Shown here: positions 1 to 8,815 of the stretch, in pieces
How the letters are laid out: each line of letters opens with the position of its first letter
Position numbering within the stretch: the stretch's first letter is position 1
Origin: an uncultured Iamiaceae bacterium
GTDB lineage: Bacteria > Actinomycetota > Acidimicrobiia > Acidimicrobiales > Iamiaceae
Length of the DNA: 64,000 nt
Assembly: GCA_964544305.1 (NCBI GenBank)
Contig: CAZJAZ010000002.1
Span: 59,775 to 123,774, forward strand
Direction of reading: 5' to 3'
Program-made: the position numbers and the translations under genes
The notes under the pieces: generated by a model
What the model was told of the DNA's origin: nothing
What the model saw: the letters and a program-made list of their open reading frames with translations, nothing else
Databases searched by the model: none

Positions 1-27
1 GGAGTCTCGTGGGGTCTCCTCGTCGGC

Positions 28-1623
28 ATGGGAGTCATTCAAAGCGCATGGACCCTCACCGCGCTGTGGCTCATCCGACGACGCGTCGGTTACCGACATG
101 GGCTTGTGGGTGCATTGTTTCTGGCCAGCCTGTTGTGGGGTTTGGGGAGTCAAGTGATTCTCGATCCCACACCGGTCCTCATGGGATCAATTGCGTTCTT
201 TGCATTTCTTGTGGCCGCGTGGAGCGTCGCCGATGGCGATGCGCACGGTTTTGTGCCCTTGGCACTCGGCGCGAGTTTCCTCTTTCTGGATCACCTCAAG
301 TTCGCAGTCGTTGTTCCGGTCTTGGTGGGCGTTGCGTGCGCTGGGTTCATCCTTCATCGCCGTGCCTATCACCGAGAGACGATTGACGACACGCCTGCGT
401 TGCGTCGCACGACTGTTATTGCGTTTGGGGCAACCGCAATGTTCACCTTGCTCGTGTGGGCGGGTCCGATCGTGCAGCAACTCACTTCAGCCAATCCAAA
501 CATGACGGCGCTTGCCCACGCGATTGGTTCAGGTGATCGGGCACAACGAGCGGTGACAGACACGCTTCGTGTCGTCTCCACGCCACTGACCACGTGGCCG
601 CTGTGGCTGCGCCATTCGCTTGCGGATCCGAACTTCACTGTGACGGGACCTTCGGGCTCACTTGTGACGCAACTCGTTGGCTTTGCGATCGTCGTTATCA
701 GTGGCAGCGCGGTTGCATTGCGCGCTCGACGCACGAGCGACGTCACCGTCGACCGTGCGTTGATTGTGGCGCTGGCCGCATGGCTGGCCTGGGTGGTGAG
801 CGCGCAAATCAGCCCCGACCGTTCGCCGTTCGAGCGCAATTACTTTCAAGCAATTTGGCCCATGGCCGCCTTCATTTGGTTCGCAATTGTCATCGGCGCA
901 TTGCGCGCGACGTGGACTCCAACACGCTCGGCAGGCGTCGAGACACTCGATCGGCGACGGTGGATGATGCGAGGCACACTGGGGGTGATCGTTGCACTCA
1001 CTATTGCCAATTTCACCATTGCAAACTTCAACGCCACAACCCCGCAGGTAACCATTCCCGTCGCCCGCACCGTGCGTGCTGTGGTCCACGAAAACGTCCA
1101 CGAAGGTCCGGTCCTGGTGCGCTCATCTGCCTACCCGGCTCGAACCTATTTCCCAGTAGCGCTCCTTGCATTGCGTGAACACAACATTGCGTTTCGTGTT
1201 ACCGGTTCGTGGGATCCAACGGTGTATGGAGAGTTTCGTGAGTGGCGTGGCGACCCAATACGTGAACTCATCATCGCAAATAGCAATGACGCGCCCCCGG
1301 GAGCGCGTCGTTTGGCTGCCGTTGTCGAAGGGCCACTCTTGGCCCAACGCGATTTCGACCGCATTACCGACCAGGTCATTTCGTGGTTGAGCGTGCAACT
1401 GGGCGAACCACGTTCATCTATTGCACAACAGGTCACAGCGTCAATCGCCGATCATGATCCCCACACGCTCGTCAAGCTCATGGCAGGTGCTGGTGTCCGA
1501 CTCCCAGCCGGGGCTTTCCATGTGCCCCTTCCGATTTCCGGTGTGTCGAAATCAGATTCGGCGGCTTGGTGGCATGACGCCACGACGACACGGATTTTCG
1601 TTTTTCTTCGCCAACGCAAGTGA
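28..1623 (+). CDS. polytopic membrane protein of unknown function (may continue upstream of the window)
   Basis: Long ORF. The first ~330 aa are dominated by hydrophobic helices, followed by a ~200-aa soluble tail. No catalytic motif recognised. Confidence 0.5.
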   Translation: MGVIQSAWTLTALWLIRRRVGYRHGLVGALFLASLLWGLGSQVILDPTPVLMGSIAFFAFLVAAWSVADGDAHGFVPLALGASFLFLDHLKFAVVVPVLVGVACAGFILHRRAYHRETIDDTPALRRTTVIAFGATAMFTLLVWAGPIVQQLTSANPNMTALAHAIGSGDRAQRAVTDTLRVVSTPLTTWPLWLRHSLADPNFTVTGPSGSLVTQLVGFAIVVISGSAVALRARRTSDVTVDRALIVALAAWLAWVVSAQISPDRSPFERNYFQAIWPMAAFIWFAIVIGALRATWTPTRSAGVETLDRRRWMMRGTLGVIVALTIANFTIANFNATTPQVTIPVARTVRAVVHENVHEGPVLVRSSAYPARTYFPVALLALREHNIAFRVTGSWDPTVYGEFREWRGDPIRELIIANSNDAPPGARRLAAVVEGPLLAQRDFDRITDQVISWLSVQLGEPRSSIAQQVTASIADHDPHTLVKLMAGAGVRLPAGAFHVPLPISGVSKSDSAAWWHDATTTRIFVFLRQRK

Positions 1624-1640
1624 CGAGTATCTCTTGACAC

Positions 1641-2234
1641 TCAATCCATTGCGGTGGCCGCATTTCGACCTGCCGCTAAATACTGTGCACCGGTCACGAT
1701 GGTAAGCGCGACGGCAATCCAGATCAGCACAATCCCAATAAGTTCGTGCTCGGCCGTTGCCGGCGCGATGACCGCGGCGATTGCACATTCTTGTGAGACC
1801 GTCTTCACTTTTGCCAAGCGCTTCGCCGGCACGGCCAACCCGCGTCGGCCCCACCAAGATCGATAGACGCTGATCACCAATTCGCGCACGGTAATAAGTG
1901 CAACGGGCACCCAACTCATTGACCCGGCAGCGACCAGCGCGTACATGGCCCCAAGGACCAACACTTTATCGGCCAGCGGGTCAAGAAACGCCCCTGACCT
2001 CGTTGAGCCTTGACGCCGCGCAATCCACCCGTCGATGCCGTCGGTTGCTGCCAGCACGAACGCCAAAATGAAGGTTCCCCAACTCACCGGATCCGCAATG
2101 ATCTGTGCGATCAAAAGGGGAACTAACGCGAGTCGGGCCAGCGTCACCAAGTTTGCAGGGGTGAGAAGAGCCGATGGCCCAAACCGGTCGCCGCCACCCA
2201 CAACGTCGTTGCTCCCAGCAGCCGATTCAGTCAT
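1641..2234 (-). CDS. pgsA: CDP-alcohol phosphatidyltransferase (phosphatidylglycerophosphate synthase-like)
   Basis: Family motif DGIDGWIARRQGSTRSGAFLDPLADK plus multiple TM helices. The ATG overlaps the rimO stop by 1 nt (TAATG). Confidence 0.85.
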   Translation of the reverse strand: MTESAAGSNDVVGGGDRFGPSALLTPANLVTLARLALVPLLIAQIIADPVSWGTFILAFVLAATDGIDGWIARRQGSTRSGAFLDPLADKVLVLGAMYALVAAGSMSWVPVALITVRELVISVYRSWWGRRGLAVPAKRLAKVKTVSQECAIAAVIAPATAEHELIGIVLIWIAVALTIVTGAQYLAAGRNAATAMD

Positions 2235-3535
2235 TACTTGTCAACCAGTAAAGGCTCGGCTGTCAGATCCGGACCGGTGGCACCCGTGATGACGACGTCA
2301 TGAAATGCACCTACCGTCAAGGTTTCGGGCACGATGATCTCACCGTCGATGTCGGGAGACTCACGATGGCTGCGTGCCACGCCGGGCGACTGCACGAGCA
2401 CCGTTGTTGTACTCCCGACCAGCGCATCTCGTTTCGACATGGTGATGTCATCTTGCAGCTCACGAAGTTCAGCTAGACGATCAGACATCAGCCCACGTGG
2501 AACCTGATCATCAAGGTTGACCGCGTACGTGCCATCTTCGGGTGAATATGGGAAGAACCCGCACCAGTCGAGTTGCGCCTCGTTGACAAATCGCAAGAGC
2601 TCATCGTGATCGGCCTCGGTTTCACCGGGATAGCCCACAATAAAATTCGATCGGAACGCGCTCAAAGGCTCAAGGTCACGAATTCGCGCAATGCGTTCCA
2701 AAAATTCTTGTGACGTTCCAGGTCGACGCATGCGCCGCAAAAGCGGGCGGGCCACGTGTTGAAGCGAAAGGTCAAAGTAGGCAACGCCGGTTGCCAACAT
2801 CGCGTCGATAAGCGACTCGGTCAGACCGGATGGATACAGGTACAACAGGCGTACCCACGAGACACGCTCGGCGGCTGCGCGCACGAGTTCTTCAAGTTGC
2901 AATTGGCCTTTGCCTTGGTCTCGTCCAAAAGACACGAGATCTTGGGCAATGAGTACCACCTCAGCAAGATCAAGCGAGTCGATCTCGGAAAGGACCGCAT
3001 CCATCGTGCGCGACTGCTGTTTGCCACGGAACTGAGGGATTGCACAGAATCCACATGCACGATCGCAACCTTCGGCCACTTTCACATAGGCCCATGGCGC
3101 ATTCGTTGTTGGGCGTGGCAGATTCAACAAATCAAAATCGGTGGCCGATGCTCCTGCCGGTCGAGGTTTGCGAGTAATCGAAATATTGGTCGGCTTGGAT
3201 GGCACGTCGAGTGACTGTCCAAATCCAGCAACGAGGTCAACCTCAGGAAGAGCCTCGGCGAGTTCGTCACCATAACGCTGTGCCATGCATCCGGTGACGA
3301 CGAGACGTGCACCGTCGCGTCGAACTTCATCGGCTTGCAAGACCGTGTCGATCGATTCTTGACGGGCGTCCTCAATGAACGCACACGTATTCACGACAAC
3401 CAGGTCGGCTTCTGAGGGATCATCAGCCGCGGCGAGTCCATCGGCGGTGAGTTGACCAGCGATTTTGTCGGAGTCAACTTGGTTTTTCGCGCAACCGAGC
3501 GTAACGATCGAAAAGGTGCGCGTTGCATCGGACAT
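2234..3535 (-). CDS. rimO: ribosomal protein S12 methylthiotransferase RimO (radical SAM MTTase)
   Basis: N-terminal FSIVTLGCAKNQVDSD, radical-SAM CDRACGFC (CxxxCxxC) and a C-terminal TRAM-like tail. Start re-picked at ATG 3535 (MSDATRTF). The 77 codons upstream in the ORF look non-native. Confidence 0.8.
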   Translation of the reverse strand: MSDATRTFSIVTLGCAKNQVDSDKIAGQLTADGLAAADDPSEADLVVVNTCAFIEDARQESIDTVLQADEVRRDGARLVVTGCMAQRYGDELAEALPEVDLVAGFGQSLDVPSKPTNISITRKPRPAGASATDFDLLNLPRPTTNAPWAYVKVAEGCDRACGFCAIPQFRGKQQSRTMDAVLSEIDSLDLAEVVLIAQDLVSFGRDQGKGQLQLEELVRAAAERVSWVRLLYLYPSGLTESLIDAMLATGVAYFDLSLQHVARPLLRRMRRPGTSQEFLERIARIRDLEPLSAFRSNFIVGYPGETEADHDELLRFVNEAQLDWCGFFPYSPEDGTYAVNLDDQVPRGLMSDRLAELRELQDDITMSKRDALVGSTTTVLVQSPGVARSHRESPDIDGEIIVPETLTVGAFHDVVITGATGPDLTAEPLLVDK

Positions 3536-3605
3536 GGTTCTTCTATTGTCCCACGTCGCCACCTTTTGCGCCGACTCAGCTAAGAGGATGCGCCGGATCC
3601 GGTTG

Positions 3606-4109
3606 TCAGGCCGCGTATCGCTCCGGATAGCGCTTGGTGAGATCGGCACATTCTGGACACGCTGATTCGGGGATGATTCCAAAGCGGATAAGTGCTTGGA
3701 ACATATGGCACCCGACGCAGTAACCGAACGCGGCTTCGACGAATGCGGGTACGGCAAGTGCGCCAACGACTACGAGCGCGGCGAAATGCGCATCAAAGCC
3801 GATCCAGAGCGTGACCGCGGTGACACTAAAGAGCGTGCCAATTGCTTGCGCAAAACGCTTGGGTGGTCCTGGAACTTCACGTGGTTCACCCAAACGTGGA
3901 GCGATAACTCGTGTCGCGAGTTGCCCTAAGGGGCTTAGGCTTGGGCCGGTTGCGACCCGGGCCACAAACCCGGCCGCCAAGAGCACCAGCACAACCGGCG
4001 AGCGGGTGAAAATCGTGATCAAACAGAGCAGCACCACCCCTGCCGCGACCGTGCGCGCAGCGAGGTCGTTTACCGGGTCGGGGAACCGAAACAACTCAGC
4101 CATGACCAA
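3606..4109 (-). CDS. DUF4395-like membrane protein
   Basis: Four hydrophobic helices and a C-terminal CVGCHMF...CPEC cysteine cluster typical of DUF4395. Confidence 0.55.
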   Translation of the reverse strand: MVMAELFRFPDPVNDLAARTVAAGVVLLCLITIFTRSPVVLVLLAAGFVARVATGPSLSPLGQLATRVIAPRLGEPREVPGPPKRFAQAIGTLFSVTAVTLWIGFDAHFAALVVVGALAVPAFVEAAFGYCVGCHMFQALIRFGIIPESACPECADLTKRYPERYAA

Positions 4110-4123
4110 TACCCTACCTTCCT

Positions 4124-4136
4124 GACCAACTTGGTC
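4124..4136. promoter_or_regulatory. 13-bp perfect palindrome GACCAAcTTGGTC in a divergent intergenic region
   Basis: Seen directly between the DUF4395 gene (-) and the pterin dehydratase gene (+). Possible operator; no cognate regulator identified. Confidence 0.15.
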
Positions 4137-4182
4137 GGGAATTGACGAGGGTGAACAGCGTCACAACAAAACATGGCATCGT

Positions 4183-4431
4183 GTGCCCATGAACAATTCC
4201 TGGGATGAGATCAACGGCAAGCTCCATCAAACCTTCGTCTTTGACGATTTCTCGCAGGCCTGGGCTTTTATGTCACGGGTGGCTCTTCTCGCAGAACGCC
4301 ACGATCATCATCCCGACTGGTCGAACTCGTGGAATACCGTCACCATTGATCTTGTCAGCCATGACGCCGGATCCATTACCCAAAAAGACCATGCACTCGC
4401 GGATGAAATCGACGCATTGGTGCGCCATTGA
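4183..4431 (+). CDS. pterin-4-alpha-carbinolamine dehydratase (PCD/DCoH family)
   Basis: 82 aa with the family signature AERHDHHPDW...V.I.L.SHD. Confidence 0.8.
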   Translation: MPMNNSWDEINGKLHQTFVFDDFSQAWAFMSRVALLAERHDHHPDWSNSWNTVTIDLVSHDAGSITQKDHALADEIDALVRH

Positions 4432-4460
4432 ACAATCAGGTTGCTTGATCGCTTGGCCAG

Positions 4461-6974
4461 TTAGAAGTCGTCATCTGGTGGCAAAGCAGCGCCCTCATCT
4501 GATGCATCGTCCGCAGCGGGCGATAACGACGACGACGCCCCGGCTTCGAACTCTTCAATCGTCATAAGCACCGCCCGCGCCTTAGAACCTTCGGAAGGCC
4601 CAACCACGCCACGCTGCTCAAGTAAATCCATCAGTCGCCCAGCGCGCGCAAAGCCAACCCGCAGTTTGCGCTGCAACATCGACGTCGAACCGAGCTGACT
4701 TCGCACCACGAGCTCCATTGCTTCAACCAGAAGGTCATCATCATCGCCATTGCCGGTGCTCCCACCACCCCCACTCGATGGCGTCTCGTCGCTACCTTGC
4801 ACGGTCGTGTCATAGACAACTTCAGGTTGCTGGCGGCGCCAGTGGGCCACGACCGCATGTACTTCTTCCTCGGTCACCCATGAACCTTGGATACGAACCG
4901 GAATGCTCGACGCCGGTCCGAGCAGCAACATGTCACCTTTTCCAAGGAGCTTCTCCGCGCCCGGTTGATCCAAAATCACGCGACTATCAGCCAATGACGA
5001 AACCGCAAAGGCCCACCGGGCCGGAATATTGGCCTTGATGACACCCGTGATCACGTTCACCGACGGACGCTGAGTCGCGACGACAAGGTGGATCCCAACC
5101 GCACGGGCCATTTGTGCAATCCGAGTGATTGATTCTTCGACATCACGGGCCGCAACCATCATCAGATCGTTCAACTCGTCGACCACAACCAAGATGTACG
5201 GCAGACGCTCGTAGGTTTTCTCGAGTCCGGCGGGCGGCACCAGATCTCCTCGGTCAAACGCCGCGTTGTAACCAGAAACATCACGAACCCCAACCTCTGA
5301 AAGGAGGTCGTAGCGACGTTCCATTTCTTTGACCGCCCAAGAAAGCGCATTTGCCGCCTTCTTCGGGTTGGTCACGACTTCGGTGAGCAAATGAGGAAGC
5401 CGGTTGTATTGACCTAACTCGACACGTTTGGGATCGATGAGGATCAATCGCAGATCATCGGGCGTGCCTCGCATAAGAAGTGACGTGAGCAACGTGTTGA
5501 TACACGACGATTTTCCCGCCCCCGTCGCACCGGCAATAAGCACGTGGGGCATCGTTGCCAGATTCGCGAGCACCGCCTTGCCCGCGATGTCACGACCAAC
5601 TGCTGCATCGAGCGGATGTCTCGCTTTCTTTGCTTCCGGCGACGCAAGAATATCGCCGACGCTCACCAACTGTTTGCGCGAGTTGGGAACCTCAACGCCG
5701 ATTGCTTGTCGGCCTGGAATAGGGGCCAAGATGCGAACGTCTGGGGTGGCCATGGCGTACGCGATGTCTTTATGCAACGAGGTCACACGGGCCACTTTCA
5801 CCCCGGGTCCAAGTTCAAGTTCATAACGGGTCACCGTCGGCCCAATCGTCATGCCGACAAGACGTGTCTCGACGCCGTGTTCGGCCAACGCATGTTCAAG
5901 TACTTCACCGGTTTCGCGAATGGCGGACTTGTCAACCTCATGTGCTGCTGTTCGCTTTAACAACTTGGCGGGTGGCAACTTCCAGACGCGCCGCGCGCCA
6001 CTTGGCTCAAGATCAATCTGGAGCTGGCTGGGTTTCGCCGGTGGTGAAATCTCCAACGTGGGGTCCAGAGCGGGAACATCCGTGTCTTGATCTTGGTCGT
6101 AGAGCATCGGATCTGGCTCGTCATCAACCTCGTCGGAGCGACTCGTCGATTCGCCGACGTCGTCGTCGTGCGAACGTGACGCGACATCCTGGGCGTAATC
6201 AATGACCGATACGTCCGGCGCGTCGTGGTTTCCATCCTGTGTGCCATCGTGCGTCGCCGCCGCTGACTCGTCGAGCCGAAAGAGCGATGCAATAAGGCGC
6301 TTGAGTGCGTTCCCCGCTGGCCGAACACCATCCACGGACGCACCCGCGGCCCGTGCGATTGGGACACCGGTAAACAACACAATGCCCGCCAAGCCACAAA
6401 GACCTAAGAAAACCGTTGCTCCGATCGGAGCAAGCACCGCGCGCAGTGGCACACCAACCAGGGCCCCCAAAAACCCTCCAGCGTTTCGTAGTGCGTCACC
6501 CGACGCACGCAAGTCGGGATGTCCGCGCCAAATATCAAGCAAACCCAGACAGGCAAGAATCACAATGCCGATGCCAATTGCTCGGCGGAGTGCCACGGTC
6601 TGCGCATCGAAAAGCGCGAGCGACGGATCCGGTTCAGTTTCGTCACGGATCTTGGTCGCGGTGACGCCCTTGATACACCACACCCCAAGGACAACAAACA
6701 ACACGGGCATGAGGTAGTGCATTGGTCCGAGCAGCCATGCCACGGCCGAAGCGACCCCTCGACCCACAGGACCTCCCGCATTGGCATATGCACCCATACC
6801 GTTCAGCACACCAAGCGCAATGAGTGCCAACCCTGCAAGGTCGCCACGGTGCCCTTCGGTCGCACGCAAAACGGCTGGGACCTTGGCATGGTCTGCATTC
6901 GTCTTGGCAGATTGCTTCGCGCCCGTTGCATTCTTGGCGCGTGCGTTTGCTGGTTTCTTGCGAGTTGCTGTCAC
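4461..6974 (-). CDS. ftsK: DNA translocase FtsK/SpoIIIE
   Basis: N-terminal TM helices, an acidic/Pro linker, Walker A GATGAGKSS and a C-terminal gamma winged helix (STSMLQRKLRVGFARAGRLMDLLE). The ORF runs to GTG 7073. GTG 6974 (VTATRKKP..., AGGAA 6 nt upstream) is preferred, but the start is uncertain. Confidence 0.9.
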   Translation of the reverse strand: MTATRKKPANARAKNATGAKQSAKTNADHAKVPAVLRATEGHRGDLAGLALIALGVLNGMGAYANAGGPVGRGVASAVAWLLGPMHYLMPVLFVVLGVWCIKGVTATKIRDETEPDPSLALFDAQTVALRRAIGIGIVILACLGLLDIWRGHPDLRASGDALRNAGGFLGALVGVPLRAVLAPIGATVFLGLCGLAGIVLFTGVPIARAAGASVDGVRPAGNALKRLIASLFRLDESAAATHDGTQDGNHDAPDVSVIDYAQDVASRSHDDDVGESTSRSDEVDDEPDPMLYDQDQDTDVPALDPTLEISPPAKPSQLQIDLEPSGARRVWKLPPAKLLKRTAAHEVDKSAIRETGEVLEHALAEHGVETRLVGMTIGPTVTRYELELGPGVKVARVTSLHKDIAYAMATPDVRILAPIPGRQAIGVEVPNSRKQLVSVGDILASPEAKKARHPLDAAVGRDIAGKAVLANLATMPHVLIAGATGAGKSSCINTLLTSLLMRGTPDDLRLILIDPKRVELGQYNRLPHLLTEVVTNPKKAANALSWAVKEMERRYDLLSEVGVRDVSGYNAAFDRGDLVPPAGLEKTYERLPYILVVVDELNDLMMVAARDVEESITRIAQMARAVGIHLVVATQRPSVNVITGVIKANIPARWAFAVSSLADSRVILDQPGAEKLLGKGDMLLLGPASSIPVRIQGSWVTEEEVHAVVAHWRRQQPEVVYDTTVQGSDETPSSGGGGSTGNGDDDDLLVEAMELVVRSQLGSTSMLQRKLRVGFARAGRLMDLLEQRGVVGPSEGSKARAVLMTIEEFEAGASSSLSPAADDASDEGAALPPDDDF

Positions 6975-7094
6975 GATATTCCTAGGGTACCAATGGGAGG
7001 GTCTCCCCTTCGGTGACCGTTTCGTGAGGCGTTCGCGGTCGCAATGTTCACAAAACTTTTTCTCCCCGCGCACACGATATTTTGCCTTGCATTG

Positions 7095-7103
7095 TGGTAC
7101 AGT
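7095..7103 (+). promoter_or_regulatory. candidate extended -10 promoter (TGgTACAGT)
   Basis: A TGn + TACAGT hexamer lies about 10 nt upstream of the first hairpin of the structured region. No good -35 is present; extended -10 promoters do not require one. Confidence 0.3.
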
Positions 7104-7109
7104 GACTTG

Positions 7110-7232
7110 CCACGGGGCACTGAGGATTGTCCCACCAAGATCTCGTAATGTCAGGTCCCTACCCTCCCTCCCTCAGGGCTTGACGTTTCGAGCTGGCCGG
7201 GAGACTCATTGAGTCTCCCGGCCTCCTTTTGT
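7110..7232 (+). ncRNA. candidate small RNA or 5' leader with a C-rich-loop hairpin (6C-like) ending in an intrinsic terminator
   Basis: Hairpin GGGGCA/TGTCCC at 7114-7133. Hairpin 7150-7184 has the 14-nt loop ACCCTCCCTCCCTC. Perfect 13-bp terminator stem at 7195-7223 followed by TCCTTTTGT. No covariance-model search was run. Confidence 0.3.
7195..7232 (+). terminator. rho-independent terminator
   Basis: GGCCGGGAGACTC-ATT-GAGTCTCCCGGCC (13 perfect bp, 3-nt loop) followed by TCCTTTTGT. A T-tail is present only in the + orientation. Confidence 0.5.
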
Positions 7233-7285
7233 AAACGGGTAGGCTGGTCCGCCATGGCATTGACGATTGAAGGCGAGGGCAATTC

Positions 7286-8812
7286 GTGACCGATGCCGAG
7301 CGCGCCCCACGAGCGACGTCTCCTGCAAAGCTTGCGCGTGACTTAGCGTCTGGAATCCCAACGGGCCGTCCCGAAACAGCCGACGACGTCCCTGTCTATA
7401 GCGCTCAGCAGTCTGGCGGGACGGTCCGCGCCACATTGATGTTTCGTGTCGGCGAAGCAGATGAACGCCTTGGGGTTCGTGGACAATGTCATTTGTTGAC
7501 CCAGATTGTGCTTGATGAATTCGCACAAGGAAATAACACGGTGGCCATCACTGCACACGTGACGACGCTGCGCACGTCGATCACGATTTGTGGTGATGCG
7601 CAAGATGTTGTGACCTCGCTGAATCGAGTTGCTCGGGTTGTTTCGCTTTTGCGTCTCGATGAGATCGACCGACATGTCGCCAACGTGCTCGCAAACTGGC
7701 GACCGCTAGAACGGTGGGATAACACGCTTTCCACGATGCGCTTTGGTGGGCGCGGCTATGGGTTGAGTGGATTTCCCCTTCTTGGCTTGAAGTACCTCGA
7801 CACCGACTCGTTCACCGAATGGGTCCGCATGTGGTTTACCTGTGGGAATGCGGTTGTGAGCACAACGCACGATCTCCCGGTGGGCCTTGACCTCTCCCCG
7901 CTCGGGCCTGGCATGCGCAAAGCGCTTCCCGACCCACATCCGGTTGAACTTCCCTATCCGGTCGTCGCGGGTGGCCCAGAGTCTCGTCTCGCCGTGTCAT
8001 TCCTCGGACATTTTGACGCGCTCGCAGAGCTTTCGCTCATGATTTTGTCGGCGCGTCTCACCAAACGATGTGCGGAAATTTCCCCATCGATTTCTCGACC
8101 GTCGATTGTCACACGACGAGTGGGTTTTGGCCTCGGCACCGTTGCCTTTGCATTCAAAGCCCAAAACGAGTTGATCAACGAACTCCGCGACTCGGTAAGT
8201 TCGGAACTCTTCACGTTTGCAATGAATGGACCGGCCGTTACCGAACTCGAAGCGGCTCGCGTTCGTTTCCGGCGTCACTTTGACCAACCAACCGCCGATG
8301 AAGAAACGTCCGCTGATCGAAACGCGGTTGAGCATCTCTTCGGCGAATCCCATGACATGCATGGGGCGCTATCTGCTGAGCCAGACCGCATCGCTGATCT
8401 GGTTCGCACCGCCATGAGCCAAACAATTTGGCTGGTCCCCCCAGACGTCCGCCTGCTTGACCAACGCCTCACACGCACCACAACAGGGGCAGACACCCCG
8501 CTTGCTGGTGATGAATTTGCCAGTCTCATTGATGGCCCGCACACCCGCCTCACCACCAGTGCAGAAGGGCTCACGCTGCGCAACGGCACAGGTTCCGTCA
8601 CGATTCGATTTGCCGACGCCGTTGCTGTCGAGCAAGAAGCTGACGGTTCTCGATCATTGTGGGGAGCCAATGGACAAAGGATCCGCGTCGTTCCTGCAGC
8701 ATGGCAGGCAAGCGATCGAATTATTGCTTGGATCGACGCGAACGTCGAACCGTGGATCGTCCTCGGTCAAGCCTCAAACAACTTGAATGTTGACAATCCG
8801 GTCGCACAGTAA
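7286..8812 (+). CDS. M16 (insulinase/pitrilysin)-like protein lacking the HxxEH zinc motif
   Basis: GTG start with GAGGG 7 nt upstream. The N-terminal region LMFRVGEADERLGVRGQCHLLTQIV aligns by eye to the M16 G-x-[SA]-H-x-x-E-H block, but reads HLLTQ. Product call is tentative. Confidence 0.45.
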   Translation: MTDAERAPRATSPAKLARDLASGIPTGRPETADDVPVYSAQQSGGTVRATLMFRVGEADERLGVRGQCHLLTQIVLDEFAQGNNTVAITAHVTTLRTSITICGDAQDVVTSLNRVARVVSLLRLDEIDRHVANVLANWRPLERWDNTLSTMRFGGRGYGLSGFPLLGLKYLDTDSFTEWVRMWFTCGNAVVSTTHDLPVGLDLSPLGPGMRKALPDPHPVELPYPVVAGGPESRLAVSFLGHFDALAELSLMILSARLTKRCAEISPSISRPSIVTRRVGFGLGTVAFAFKAQNELINELRDSVSSELFTFAMNGPAVTELEAARVRFRRHFDQPTADEETSADRNAVEHLFGESHDMHGALSAEPDRIADLVRTAMSQTIWLVPPDVRLLDQRLTRTTTGADTPLAGDEFASLIDGPHTRLTTSAEGLTLRNGTGSVTIRFADAVAVEQEADGSRSLWGANGQRIRVVPAAWQASDRIIAWIDANVEPWIVLGQASNNLNVDNPVAQ

Positions 8813-8815
8813 GGC

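Noticed and set aside
9-386. 125-aa ORF at the window start overlapping the 28-1623 membrane protein in another frame.
   Set aside because: Arg/Cys/Ser-rich translation, fully overlapped by a longer ORF that shows a coherent TM-helix pattern.
7150-7184. The string GTCAGGTCC recalled the conserved SRP (4.5S) RNA domain IV region.
   Set aside because: The following sequence (CTACCCTCCCTCC) does not match the SRP GGAAGG/AGCAGC motifs, and the element is too short or mis-structured for SRP RNA.
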